Made by a program: the position numbers and the translations under genes. A DNA stretch of 64,000 nucleotides from Myxococcota bacterium (GTDB lineage Bacteria; Myxococcota; XYA12-FULL-58-9; JABJBS01), in contig JAYZAY010000011.1 of assembly GCA_036339465.1 (NCBI GenBank), positions 96,001-160,000 on the forward strand, given 5' to 3'. Below the pieces are notes generated by a model. The model did not search any database and had not been told where the DNA came from. It was given only the letters and a program-made list of their open reading frames with translations. Below, piece after piece: positions 31,764 to 42,115 of the stretch; position 1 is the first letter of the stretch; each line of letters begins with the position of its first letter.

Positions 31764-32552
31764 ATGGGATTTATGGACCTGTTTAATAGGGGCCCTCTGT
31801 CCGAGAAGAAAATCGAAAAGATTACGAAGTTGGCTTGTAATCCTTTTGCGCAACCTGATGTACGGGTTCGTGAAATGCAGCGTTTGTTGGCAGAGGGGAC
31901 GCCCACCGCGCTTCGAGCCGCGCTCAAGAGGTTTGCGGCAAATGCCCATGGGGGTATTGCTGATGAGGAAGAGAAGGAGTGGCTTACGGAGAAATTGTTG
32001 GCTTTGGGAGAACCGATTGTTGAGCCCTTGGAGCACTACATTCAGAGCCAGAAACAATTGAGCCATGCCCTACAAACCTATGAGCAACTGGTTGGTAAGG
32101 ACGCAGCGACCGAGTTTTTGCTCGGAACTTTAGAGAAGTTTGGTCCTGAAAGTCATCGTGAAGATGAGGCGAAAAAACAAATTATTCTACATTTGGCCGA
32201 GGGTTTGGACCGATTGGATGAGTTGGAGAGATTGGCGCCATTTCTTTTTGATCACAGTGACGATGTTCGATGGACAGTTCTCGATATTTTTGAACAATGG
32301 GTTGAGCGTGGGTTATTGGCGGACAAAGAGGTGATGAAGACTTGGTCGAAACAGTTTGCTGATTTGGTTGTCGATCCTTATACGGCGCCGAGAATATTAA
32401 ACAAAGTGCTCTCTATTGTTGAGAATGGTGAAATTCGCTTCGAGGGTGCTGCTGTGATATTACCCGACTCCTTGGAGGATACCTTCTTCATCGACAAGAA
32501 AGGTTATTTGAGACGTAGAGTCAAATCGGTGAAGCAGAGTGGCAAAAAGTAA
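31764..32552 (+). CDS. HEAT-repeat hypothetical protein
   Basis: All-helical, LFDHSDDVRW HEAT-like motif; AGGAGG RBS before the ATG at 31764. Confidence 0.65.
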   Translation: MGFMDLFNRGPLSEKKIEKITKLACNPFAQPDVRVREMQRLLAEGTPTALRAALKRFAANAHGGIADEEEKEWLTEKLLALGEPIVEPLEHYIQSQKQLSHALQTYEQLVGKDAATEFLLGTLEKFGPESHREDEAKKQIILHLAEGLDRLDELERLAPFLFDHSDDVRWTVLDIFEQWVERGLLADKEVMKTWSKQFADLVVDPYTAPRILNKVLSIVENGEIRFEGAAVILPDSLEDTFFIDKKGYLRRRVKSVKQSGKK

Positions 32553-32766
32553 AGATTTTTCTTGACGTTCTAGTTCAGATAATGCGAAGTGGGCCCCACT
32601 GGGAGTACTTTCTCCCGCTTTGTTAATCAATCCATCTATGGCAGGTTAAATTAGTCGAAGGTTTAGGCCTTGGGTTTAAGAACGATTTTGCCGGGGTCAA
32701 CAATCATTTCGTACAACAGAATATACTATCAGGGTGCTAAGCCCCTCTTTCAGTGAGATATCCAAT

Positions 32767-34062
32767 ATGGCAAAAGCGAGTGCAAAAGTGGAAGTGAACC
32801 AAAGTGGTGAGGTGATTAACCTCAACGAACTCAAGAAAATGAAGCCCCAGCAGTTGGCACAATACGCTGTTAAGCTGGATGTTGAAGGCGTTGCCGGTAT
32901 GCGTAAGCAGGAGCTTATGTTTGCAATACTTCAAGCACAAACCGATAAGGGCGGTTCTGTTTATTCCGAAGGGGTTTTGGAAACGCTACCGGATGGGTTT
33001 GGTTTCTTACGGGCTCCCGACTACAATTATCTGCCGGGGCCAGACGATATCTATGTGTCGCCAGCTCAGATTCGCCGCTTAAACTTAAAGACAGGTGACA
33101 CTGTTGCTGGCTTAATCCGGCCTCCGAAGGATTCCGAGCGATATTACGCTTTGTTACAAATCGAGCAGGTGAATTTTGAGAACTCAGAGAAGGCCAAGCA
33201 AAGAATCTTTTTTGACAATCTAACGCCTCTTTATCCCACCGAACGATTTATGATGGAACACGATACCGCTGAGATGTCTACTCGGATTCTCGATCTCTTG
33301 GTGCCCATCGGTAAGGGGCAGCGGGCCTTGATTGTGTCACCACCCCGCGCAGGTAAGACGGTTTTCTTGCAAAATCTAGCCCGAGCCATTTCAGGCAATC
33401 ATCCAGAAGCCTGGTTGATGGTATTACTGATTGACGAACGACCTGAAGAAGTAACGGATATGCAGCGCTCTGTTGCAGGAGAAGTTGTGAGCAGCACATT
33501 TGATGAGCCTGCCCAGCGTCATGTTCAGGTAGCGGAAATGGTTATTCAAAAAGCGAAGCGATTGGTTGAGCATGGTCGCGACGTTATCATTCTACTGGAT
33601 TCGATTACGCGTTTGGCACGTGCCTACAACACAGTTGTTCCACCAACCGGCAAGATCCTTTCGGGGGGGGTTGACTCCAATGCACTTCACAAACCCAAGC
33701 GATTTTTTGGTGCGGCTCGTAATGTCGAAGAGGGCGGTTCCCTAACGATCATTGGCACAGCTTTGGTGGATACCGGTAGTCGTATGGACGAAGTAATCTT
33801 CGAGGAATTTAAAGGCACTGGTAACTGCGAATTACATCTAGATCGCAAGCTTATGGAGAAGAGAATCTTTCCTTGTTTGGATATCAATCGCTCAGCGACC
33901 CGAAAGGAAGAGTTACTTCTTGATGCTGCTGTATTGAGCCGAGTTTGGATCTTGAGACAATTACTTCACCCTCTCAATGTTATTGATTCTATGGAGTTTT
34001 TACTCTCCAAGATGAAGGGCACCAAGTGTAACCAAGAGTTTCTTGATTCTATGTCTTCCTAA
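32767..34062 (+). CDS. rho: Transcription termination factor Rho
   Basis: [46 protein letters not shown]. Confidence 0.98.
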   Translation: MAKASAKVEVNQSGEVINLNELKKMKPQQLAQYAVKLDVEGVAGMRKQELMFAILQAQTDKGGSVYSEGVLETLPDGFGFLRAPDYNYLPGPDDIYVSPAQIRRLNLKTGDTVAGLIRPPKDSERYYALLQIEQVNFENSEKAKQRIFFDNLTPLYPTERFMMEHDTAEMSTRILDLLVPIGKGQRALIVSPPRAGKTVFLQNLARAISGNHPEAWLMVLLIDERPEEVTDMQRSVAGEVVSSTFDEPAQRHVQVAEMVIQKAKRLVEHGRDVIILLDSITRLARAYNTVVPPTGKILSGGVDSNALHKPKRFFGAARNVEEGGSLTIIGTALVDTGSRMDEVIFEEFKGTGNCELHLDRKLMEKRIFPCLDINRSATRKEELLLDAAVLSRVWILRQLLHPLNVIDSMEFLLSKMKGTKCNQEFLDSMSS

Positions 34063-34174
34063 TTTTTCTCTTCGTTTTACAGGCTTCATATAACTCGCTC
34101 CTATTTCTCTTTGCCGGAGGTTTGGCTTAAACTGTCCTCTGTCCTATGATGGTGAATAAAGTAGGATAGAGACT

Positions 34175-35887
34175 ATGGAAAAGACAGAGCGGATCGGTGA
34201 ACTTCTTCTTCGAGAAGGTGTTATTTCAGTAGAACAGTTGCAGCGAGCTCAAGTGGAGCAGCGTCAAAGTGGCCGAAGGTTGGGAGAGATTCTCTCAGAG
34301 GCGGGGACCGTTGACGAGCAGGAGTTGGTGGCTTGTTTATCGGCTCAATACCAGGTTCCTTCCATTAATCTCGAAGATTTCGAAATCGACCCCAGTGTCT
34401 TGCAGCTTCTTCCTGTCGCGGTGGCGGAGAAGCATTGTTTATTGCCTATTGATCGGACGGGACAGACCATGGTTGTTGCCATGGCTGACCCTTCAAATAT
34501 CCACGCCATTGATGATGTTAAATTCCTTTTGGGATATAACGTTGAAGTTGTGGTGGCGGCTGAGTCTCAAATTAAAGCGGCTATCGCGGGCCATTACGGC
34601 ACCGATATGGATGGAACCTACCAGCAGGTCATGCAGCAGTTGGACGATTCTGAAATTGAATTTGACGTGGGTGATGGTGATGAGTTTTTCGAAGCCGATG
34701 CTGGCGCAGACGCTGCGGATGAAGCACCTGTTGTTAAGTTAGTCAATCTGGTTTTAGTGGATGCTATTCGACGCGGCGCGTCGGATATTCATATTGAGAG
34801 TTACGAAAGCTCTTTTCGGGTTCGTTATCGTATCGACGGTGCTTTGTATGAGGTTATGAAACCGCCCACTAAATTCCGAGATGCTGTGGTGAGTCGTCTG
34901 AAAATCATGAGTCGACTCGATATTGCAGAGAGGCGGCTTCCTCAAGATGGTCGTATTAAAATGAAATTAGGTAAGGGTCAAAGCATGGATTTTCGTGTTT
35001 CGGTACTGCCTACATTGTTTGGTGAAAAGGTTGTTTTGCGTCTTCTAGATAAGAGTAATCTTCAATTAGATATGACAAAGCTTGGTTTTGAAAAAGATTG
35101 TCTTTCTGCCTTTAAGAAGGCGATTCACCGGCCCCATGGAATGGTTTTGGTGACAGGTCCCACCGGCTCGGGTAAAACAACAACCTTGTATTCGGCTTTA
35201 TCTGACCTAAACAAAAGTACCGCGAATATATCCACGGCCGAAGATCCGGTGGAATTTAATTTATATGGGATTAATCAAGTTCAAATGCACGAAGACATTG
35301 GTCTCAATTTTGCGGCAGGGCTTCGGTCCTTTTTGAGACAGGATCCCGACATTATCATGGTGGGAGAGATACGTGACTTTGAAACGGCTGAAATCGCGAT
35401 TAAAGCAGCTCTAACAGGCCACTTGGTTTTATCGACCCTGCACACCAATGATGCAGCTTCTACGGTTTCCAGGATGCTGAATATGGGTATTGAGCCTTTC
35501 TTGCTTACCGCCTCTCTAAATGCAGTCGTGGCTCAGCGTCTTGTTCGGAAAATCTGCGAAGATTGCAAGCACGAAATAGAGGTTGAGCGAGATTTTCTCT
35601 TGGATATTCAGATCCCTGAAGATGATATTGGACGATTTACTATATATGAAGGGAGGGGTTGTCGTAGCTGTTCCGAAACTGGTTATAAGGGGCGGCTGGC
35701 GATTTATGAAGTGTTGGTTATGACCGAGGGACTTAAGGATCTCCTCATCAATGGGGCTACGGGCGCGGAATTGAAAATGGAAGCGAGGAGAGAAGGGATG
35801 CGAACCTTACGTCAGAGTGCCTTATTGAAATTAGAAGAGGGCATGATAACAGTGGAAGAAGTCGTTCGGGTGTCTGTTGCTGACTAG
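34175..35887 (+). CDS. pilB: Type IV pilus extension ATPase PilB
   Basis: RIGELL N-domain, ASDIHIE, GPTGSGKTT, LRQDPD, TGHLVLSTLHTN, two CxxC motifs. Confidence 0.95.
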   Translation: MEKTERIGELLLREGVISVEQLQRAQVEQRQSGRRLGEILSEAGTVDEQELVACLSAQYQVPSINLEDFEIDPSVLQLLPVAVAEKHCLLPIDRTGQTMVVAMADPSNIHAIDDVKFLLGYNVEVVVAAESQIKAAIAGHYGTDMDGTYQQVMQQLDDSEIEFDVGDGDEFFEADAGADAADEAPVVKLVNLVLVDAIRRGASDIHIESYESSFRVRYRIDGALYEVMKPPTKFRDAVVSRLKIMSRLDIAERRLPQDGRIKMKLGKGQSMDFRVSVLPTLFGEKVVLRLLDKSNLQLDMTKLGFEKDCLSAFKKAIHRPHGMVLVTGPTGSGKTTTLYSALSDLNKSTANISTAEDPVEFNLYGINQVQMHEDIGLNFAAGLRSFLRQDPDIIMVGEIRDFETAEIAIKAALTGHLVLSTLHTNDAASTVSRMLNMGIEPFLLTASLNAVVAQRLVRKICEDCKHEIEVERDFLLDIQIPEDDIGRFTIYEGRGCRSCSETGYKGRLAIYEVLVMTEGLKDLLINGATGAELKMEARREGMRTLRQSALLKLEEGMITVEEVVRVSVAD

Positions 35888-35931
35888 GGGATAATTGACC
35901 ATGAGAAATGTCCCATAGGACCGAAGACAGC

Positions 35932-36439
35932 TAAATCTCCACTCAGGACTCTCTTAGCGACGACGCTTGAGTACCGAGTAAGTGAGTTGTGTTTTTTTGT
36001 GGGTGCGTGCCGATGGTTCGGATTGATGGTCGACTTAACCCTATTGATGGGGATCGTCTCCGCGTCGAAACGGCCAGGAAATGAATGATTCCAATTCTCG
36101 TTGATGGTCAGATCGAGGAATTAGAGAAAAGACAACAATTGGATTTTTTATTCGGTCCCAAGAACACGTCTTGTTTTTGCGCCCATGTTTTTTATCAAGA
36201 GAGGAGGGCGTTTTTCTGCTTCGTTGTTCTTTTTCGATCAGGCGTTCACGCATCTGGTAGGAGAAGAGAAAGTTCATCAAATTTATTCACAGATGCAGGT
36301 ATCTGGGTCAAAATACGGCATGCAGACCATAAGCAATGTTTTATCCGAGCTCGTCGAGGGGAAAATAATTCGCCCCCGCGAGGCAATAGTGCGCAGCCTC
36401 GCGAGTGAAGAACTAGAAAATATGTTGACTCGGCTTTAA
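35932..36439 (+). pseudogene. pilT: pilT remnant (frameshifts, nonsense codon, ATPase core deleted)
   Basis: Three-frame mosaic: LRTLLATTLEYRVSELCFFVGA / PMVRIDGRLNPI..K* (TGA 36082) ..ILVDGQIEELEKRQQLDFLFG..CFCAHVFYQ / HLVGEEKVHQIYSQMQVSGSKYGMQT..RS..EELENML; lies between pilB and pilC. Confidence 0.88.
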
Positions 36440-36481
36440 GAGATTAATGAACTCGGTGATTGAAGAGGTGAGGTTGTAACA

Positions 36482-37684
36482 ATGGCTGTTTTTATGTGGG
36501 AAGCGGAAAGCAAAGTGGGTGAAATCAAGCGTGGTGAAATGGTGGCAGATTCCCGCGCTTTGGTCGAGCGTAATTTATTTAAGCAGCAGTTAAGACCAAG
36601 GAAAATCAGAAAGAAACCGAGAGAGATTAATCTAAAAATCCCTGGTTTGGTTTCTATTGGCCCTAGGGATTTGATGCTTTTTACGCGCCAATTCGCAACC
36701 ATGATTGACGCAGGCCTACCGTTGGTTCAGGCCCTGGATATTTTGGCTACCCAGTCTGATAATCCTGAGCTGAGGGTAGTCGTCCATAAGGTGAAGCATT
36801 CTGTTGAATCTGGTGAGAGCCTGTCGGATTCTCTGGCAAAGCATCCTAGGGTTTTCGATACACTCTTTGTGAGTTTGGTAGAGGCAGGGGAAATAGGTGG
36901 TATTTTAGATACGACTCTTAATCGGCTTGCGGTGTATATCGAGATGAACACAAAATTACTGAAACAGGTCAAGGGTGCGATGGTTTACCCAATATTGATG
37001 ATGGGTGTGGCTTCCATTATTGGGGTGGTGATGCTCTTGTTTGTTATCCCTGTTTTCGAGGGAATGTTTGGAAATATGGGGCAAACTTTGCCGGGACCAA
37101 CGCAGTTTGTGATTGATCTGAGCCATTCTGTTCAAGACAATATTGGGGCGATTCTCTTAGGGGGCACCGCAGTGGTATTGGGATTTATTGCTTTTAAACG
37201 TTCCAAGCCGGGGCAGATGATTATTGACCGTGTCGTGTTAAGAATTCCTATTATCGGAGATGTGGTCAGAAAAGTCGCGGTGGCGAAGTTTACACGGACC
37301 ATGGCTACCATGCTCAGTTCCGGTGTTCCAATTATTGATGCCTTAGAGGTGGTTGCAAGAGCTTCTGGTAATGCGATCGTTGAATCAGGCTTAAATAATG
37401 TTCGAGAAGCCATCATGGAAGGGCGGCCAATGTCGGCTCCCATGGAGAAAATTACAGTGTTTCCATCCATGGTTGTTCAAATGATCGGCGTTGGTGAGGC
37501 GACAGGAGCTATGGATACGATGCTTTCTAAGATTGCTGATTTTTATGAGGATGAGGTCGACGCGGCCGTCGTTGCTCTCATGTCTGTTTTGGAGCCGCTC
37601 ATTATGGTTTTTCTCGCGGTCTTTATGGGAGGATTTATGATTGCCATGTACCTACCCGTATTCTCGATGGCGGGTGGTGTTTAG
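36482..37684 (+). CDS. pilC: Type IV pilus platform protein PilC
   Basis: FTRQFATMIDAGLPL, AGEIGGILD, GAMVYP, GEATGAMD, EPLIMV, AMYLPVF. Confidence 0.95.
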   Translation: MAVFMWEAESKVGEIKRGEMVADSRALVERNLFKQQLRPRKIRKKPREINLKIPGLVSIGPRDLMLFTRQFATMIDAGLPLVQALDILATQSDNPELRVVVHKVKHSVESGESLSDSLAKHPRVFDTLFVSLVEAGEIGGILDTTLNRLAVYIEMNTKLLKQVKGAMVYPILMMGVASIIGVVMLLFVIPVFEGMFGNMGQTLPGPTQFVIDLSHSVQDNIGAILLGGTAVVLGFIAFKRSKPGQMIIDRVVLRIPIIGDVVRKVAVAKFTRTMATMLSSGVPIIDALEVVARASGNAIVESGLNNVREAIMEGRPMSAPMEKITVFPSMVVQMIGVGEATGAMDTMLSKIADFYEDEVDAAVVALMSVLEPLIMVFLAVFMGGFMIAMYLPVFSMAGGV

Positions 37685-37786
37685 GGAGGCTGAAATTTCG
37701 GCCACGATGCAAGTGAAATTTTCAAATGCACACGCTTGCTTATGCCGTTAGTATTGTTCTTTTTCTCTCTTGGGGTTTTGGGCGGG

Positions 37787-39058
37787 TTACGACTTTGAGT
37801 ATGTCCCATCGATACCAAAACCTGTCACCCAGAACCAAGGTGGTTTGGCTCCTTGGTCACTGTTGGAATACAAGTGACTTGGGCCACAGTGGAAGAGGGC
37901 AAAGATAAACAGGTTTCGGAAGATTCTCCATGAACTATCCACGGTCGCCAGAAAAGAACCCCTAGCAGTAAAGAAGTTTTCCAATTTTACCAAAGCTCTC
38001 CTGTGTAGGTTGAGTTGAAGTTGCAATCGCTCATGTCGATAACGCGCTGCGAACGAGATGTTTGATTTTCCTGCTAGTGATGCTTTGATGCCAATTTTGG
38101 AAGAGAAACGACTTCCGGCAAAGCCGATTCTTGATGCGATGTGCCATTGCGTGACATCAGAGTTTGTTGAGATCGTGTTTTGTGATTGGGCCAGGAGCTG
38201 AGACCGCTCATATTCATAAGCTTCATCAAAGTAGAAGGGAGCATAATTCGGACTGCTTATGAGACTGTCTATTTCGACAAAATACAAGTTTTTACGTTGT
38301 TGTGGCCCGTTCCACTCAAATCGGATATTTCCTCGGAAGGCGTTGCCACCGTGGTTGGTGATGATTGCATTGGCTCTCGCCAGCCAAGTGAGTGTAGGGT
38401 TGCGAATGAGGTAGAGATTCCCACCAAAAGCTCCTTCAGCGATTCCAGAGGCACCGTCGTTTGCCGTGCCTGTTCCCACATCGGTGGCCAATTCAGCGGT
38501 AAAAGCAATCCTCCGATTGGGGTCGGCTCCGAGCACCAAAAACGGATACGAACGTAGAGCAGCGCCCATCACGTTGGGGGCCATGAAATTATTAGCAAAG
38601 AACTCAAGGGTGAACCGAGATGATTCCCAACGGGTGTGGAGGCCAGACTGGGGCAGGGATGGATCTGAGACGGTTGAATAGTCACGGACCAGATTGCCTT
38701 CACCTAGGTCAAAGTAACTCAAGGCTCCCAGTTTGAGAACGAGCTTGTTGGAGAATGCTTTGATTTCTAGTGCTTCGATGATCCCACTGTAGCTTCCGAA
38801 GGAATCCCACGGGTGGATCGTGGCCCAGCCATTGGCTTTCGACGAATTTTCAATCCAAATCGGAAAGCTTAGGGAAAGCAGAGTGGTTTCATCAAACACT
38901 GAGAAACCGGGTGCTGTCAACAATAAGCCATTGCTTTGGTGGGTGCCGAACCCAATGCGAACATCAGTTTGAACTGTGATCGGTGATTTGGCCCAGCTTG
39001 TTTCGCAGGTCGCCAAAAGAATCGGGAGGCAATATAAAACAAGTCGAAACATCGGCAT
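37787..39058 (-). CDS. Hypothetical secreted/outer-membrane protein
   Basis: Signal peptide (..TSWA), beta-strand-rich, YAPFYFDEAYEYER; start inferred. Confidence 0.55.
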   Translation of the reverse strand: MPMFRLVLYCLPILLATCETSWAKSPITVQTDVRIGFGTHQSNGLLLTAPGFSVFDETTLLSLSFPIWIENSSKANGWATIHPWDSFGSYSGIIEALEIKAFSNKLVLKLGALSYFDLGEGNLVRDYSTVSDPSLPQSGLHTRWESSRFTLEFFANNFMAPNVMGAALRSYPFLVLGADPNRRIAFTAELATDVGTGTANDGASGIAEGAFGGNLYLIRNPTLTWLARANAIITNHGGNAFRGNIRFEWNGPQQRKNLYFVEIDSLISSPNYAPFYFDEAYEYERSQLLAQSQNTISTNSDVTQWHIASRIGFAGSRFSSKIGIKASLAGKSNISFAARYRHERLQLQLNLHRRALVKLENFFTARGSFLATVDSSWRIFRNLFIFALFHCGPSHLYSNSDQGAKPPWFWVTGFGIDGTYSKS

Positions 39059-39117
39059 ATATATCTCGGTTCTCGAAAGGGAAGGCAACTTATTGGCTGG
39101 ATTTGGATTTAAAGCCT

Positions 39118-39933
39118 CTATGGCGTGATGTGTCGATGTTCCCAACATGGAATTGCAGTTCTGACCTCTTGAATTCTCTTCCGTTTGAGTTTTACCAAAG
39201 AATAACCAGGCCCTTCTTCTGCTTGAGATATTATGGTGCCCCAGGGGTCGATCACCATACTTTTACCCCACGAAAATCGTTGTCCAAAGTGGTTGCCCCA
39301 TTGATTCGGTGCCACCACGTAACATTGATTTTCGATGGCTCTGGCCCGTAGGAGTGGTTCCCAGTGATCTTTTCCCGTTTGTAGAGTGAAGGCAGCGGGT
39401 ATGAGTAATATTTCAGCGCCTTGTTTTCGCAAGGAGCGATATAATTCGGGGAATCGCAGGTCATAGCAAACCGTTATTCCTATTTTCCAGTTGTCCACTT
39501 GGGCGATACACGTTTCTTTTCCCGCACTTACGGAGGCCGATTCTTGGTAGCATGTTCCGTCGGGGAGCTGGATGTCGAAGAGATGGATTTTACGGTAGTA
39601 TTGCTCGAGTTCACCTGTGGGGCCGATCATGACCGAGGTGTTGTAGGTTTTTTCGGGCTCAGGGCTGAGCTCTGGAATCGTGCCTGCGCAGATTGTGAGG
39701 TTGAATTGTTTGGCAGCGTCTCGATAGGGTTTTAGTAGTTTTGAATCTTCCAAGGATTGTGCGAACGGAATTTTTTCATGATCTTGTCCCAAGAACGCAC
39801 AATTTTCGGGCAATACCACGAGTTGAGCGCCTTCTCGTCCTGCAGCTTCTACCATCGGCATGGCTTGATCTAGGTTGGCAGCCGGGTTTCGATTTGAGCA
39901 GAGTTGAATATAGGCGACATTGAGCTCTTCCAT
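39118..39933 (-). CDS. Carbon-nitrogen hydrolase (Nit1/deaminated glutathione amidase-like)
   Basis: LPEN, YRKIHLFD, CYDLRFPE (E-K-C triad), ARAIENQ, DPWG. Confidence 0.92.
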   Translation of the reverse strand: MEELNVAYIQLCSNRNPAANLDQAMPMVEAAGREGAQLVVLPENCAFLGQDHEKIPFAQSLEDSKLLKPYRDAAKQFNLTICAGTIPELSPEPEKTYNTSVMIGPTGELEQYYRKIHLFDIQLPDGTCYQESASVSAGKETCIAQVDNWKIGITVCYDLRFPELYRSLRKQGAEILLIPAAFTLQTGKDHWEPLLRARAIENQCYVVAPNQWGNHFGQRFSWGKSMVIDPWGTIISQAEEGPGYSLVKLKRKRIQEVRTAIPCWEHRHITP

Positions 39934-40080
39934 AAAGGCCTCCACAGGGTTGCTGGAAACTTACGCATTTCTTCTCCGCGATTCAATTTTTACATGGATG
40001 CAGGAAACTGCTATGGAATGACTCAAGTCGAAACCATATCTCGACCTACCGACAGTTTTTGAGGGGGATTGTAAGCTTCG

Positions 40081-41466
40081 ATGAATAGCTTTTGCATTGT
40101 ACTTAGCCTTCTTGCCACGGGGGTTCTTCCATCTGCGGAGGTGGCTCCCCAACGTGTGCTGGTGATTGGAATGGACGGGGCTACGTTTGAGATCATGGAC
40201 CATTTGGTCGCAGAGGGTAAACTTCCAAACATCGCAAAATTCTATGAAAGAGGTGCGCGTTTGATTTTAGAATCGGAAGTACCCATGCGTTCTCCTGCGC
40301 TGTGGACGACCATTGCCACCGGTCAGGCCCGTAGCGTGCATGGCATCTACGATTTTGTAACAGGCAGCGGTTATTGGCCGAAACACCTTCGTACTGAGGC
40401 TCGAAAGCTTGTTTCATCTGAAATGCGCCGGAGTCCAGCATTATGGAATTTAGCAGACGAGGCGGGCTTGGAGTCTTTGGTGGTAGGGTGGTTGAATACT
40501 TGGCCGGCTGAAAAATTAAGGGGGGCAATGGTTGCTCCCTATGTCGCTTTAGGAGATAAAAAGCAGAGCTCCATTAAGGGTAAGATTTATCGTGAGGTGG
40601 AGGGCCAGAGTTCTCCCTCCGAATTATTTAAGAAGCTCCGAAGCCATATTGTGGAACCCGATGATATTTCTACGGCCGAATTGGCACGGATTTTCAGTGA
40701 TCCCGAATCGATTTCCAGCCTATTTAAGATTTATCCCAGTTTGGAAAGAGCGATTTACACTGTCCGATGGTCTATGGCGTCGGCAATTACCAATGTTAAT
40801 ATTATCAATCGACTTCTACGGTCCTATAAGAAAACGCGTCTCTTAATGACTTATTTTGATGGGACGGATACTCTTGCCCATAGGTTTTGGTTGTTTCGTG
40901 AACCGATAGATAAAATTAGGGCGCGTTTAAAAGCGCATCATTTACCTCAGCACAAAGCTACGGTTTTGAAGCAGCAATTTGGGAGGGTTCTGGATAATTT
41001 TTATGGTTTTCTCGATCAACAGATTGGCAGAATCATCAAGGCGGCGGGCAAAAATACGACGGTTTACATTGTGTCGGATCATGGGTGGAAGTCCGACCCC
41101 AATACGACTGCGACCCATGCGGAAGTTCCCTTTGACGGGGTTCATGATTTAGAGGGTGTTTGTTTGGCGATGGGACCTTCGATTCGCCCCAACCGACTTC
41201 GTATATCAAAGCGGGCGTCGCTCTATGATATTGCGCCGACCGTTCTATACACCCTGGGTTTACCAGTACCCTCGTATATGGGGGGCGATATTCTCACACG
41301 TTTATTCAGGCCGGCATTTAAGTTTGCTTATCCACCGAAAATTACGGCTAGGCTCCATACGTTTAATCGAAAAAGAAAGCCCAATGAGAAAGATGAAAAA
41401 GGAGGTTCGGCTCATTTTTCGGATGAAGAGTTGGAACGACTTCGTTCCCTTGGGTACGTCCAATAA
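40081..41466 (+). CDS. Alkaline phosphatase superfamily / type I phosphodiesterase-like protein
   Basis: IGMDGA, WTTIATG..HGI, DTLAH, VSDHG, DIAPT, C-terminal RLRSLGY. Confidence 0.85.
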   Translation: MNSFCIVLSLLATGVLPSAEVAPQRVLVIGMDGATFEIMDHLVAEGKLPNIAKFYERGARLILESEVPMRSPALWTTIATGQARSVHGIYDFVTGSGYWPKHLRTEARKLVSSEMRRSPALWNLADEAGLESLVVGWLNTWPAEKLRGAMVAPYVALGDKKQSSIKGKIYREVEGQSSPSELFKKLRSHIVEPDDISTAELARIFSDPESISSLFKIYPSLERAIYTVRWSMASAITNVNIINRLLRSYKKTRLLMTYFDGTDTLAHRFWLFREPIDKIRARLKAHHLPQHKATVLKQQFGRVLDNFYGFLDQQIGRIIKAAGKNTTVYIVSDHGWKSDPNTTATHAEVPFDGVHDLEGVCLAMGPSIRPNRLRISKRASLYDIAPTVLYTLGLPVPSYMGGDILTRLFRPAFKFAYPPKITARLHTFNRKRKPNEKDEKGGSAHFSDEELERLRSLGYVQ

Positions 41467-41496
41467 GGCAGTTTGAAATCCTGCTGCGTTAGTCTT

Positions 41497-42093
41497 CTAG
41501 TCCTCATCTTTTTTGCGTGGATACCACAGAGTTTCCTCGGCTCCGCTTTGAACGCAGGCGTATCGCGCCGCCACGAATAGGGTATCTGACAGTCGGTTTA
41601 AGAACTTTAGTTCCACTTCAAAAGGGGCCGATTGTTCGGTGGTTTCTTGGGTGGTTTCTTGGAGGGTGATGGCGTCGATGAGTCTTACACATTCCCGTTC
41701 TGCGCGGCGACAGACGGTACGGGCTAGGTGTAGCTGAGCGGCTAAAGTATTTCCGCCGGGTAAAATGAAGGTTTTTAAGGGCGGTAGCCTTGCGGAAAGT
41801 TCATCCATGAAGGTTTCGAGGCTTTGGACATCCGATTCTAGAATTCCGGTGGATTTTTGTTTTGAATGGTTGGGGTTTGCAAGAACAGCTCCGAGCTCAA
41901 AGAGGGTTGCCTGAATTTTCCTTAAGAATTTCGAGATTTCAGGAATATCAGAGTATGCCAGGGCGCATCCAAGCACCGTGTTTAGTTCGTCCACATCTCC
42001 GTAGGCATTGACTCGCTGCGCAGATTTCTTAATCCTGGAACCACCAACAAGGCGGGTATCACCTCGATCTCCTTGTTTCGTATATATTTTCAT
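41497..42093 (-). CDS. PduO-type cob(I)alamin adenosyltransferase
   Basis: KIYTKQGD.G, AYGDVDELN, FILPGG, RTVCRRAER, LNRLSD. Confidence 0.93.
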   Translation of the reverse strand: MKIYTKQGDRGDTRLVGGSRIKKSAQRVNAYGDVDELNTVLGCALAYSDIPEISKFLRKIQATLFELGAVLANPNHSKQKSTGILESDVQSLETFMDELSARLPPLKTFILPGGNTLAAQLHLARTVCRRAERECVRLIDAITLQETTQETTEQSAPFEVELKFLNRLSDTLFVAARYACVQSGAEETLWYPRKKDED

Positions 42094-42115
42094 CCCGTGC
42101 GCGATCCTTTTTTAG

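Noticed and set aside
36085..36439. ORFs 36085-36408 and 36185-36439 as independent genes
   Set aside because: They are frameshifted pieces of the pilT pseudogene
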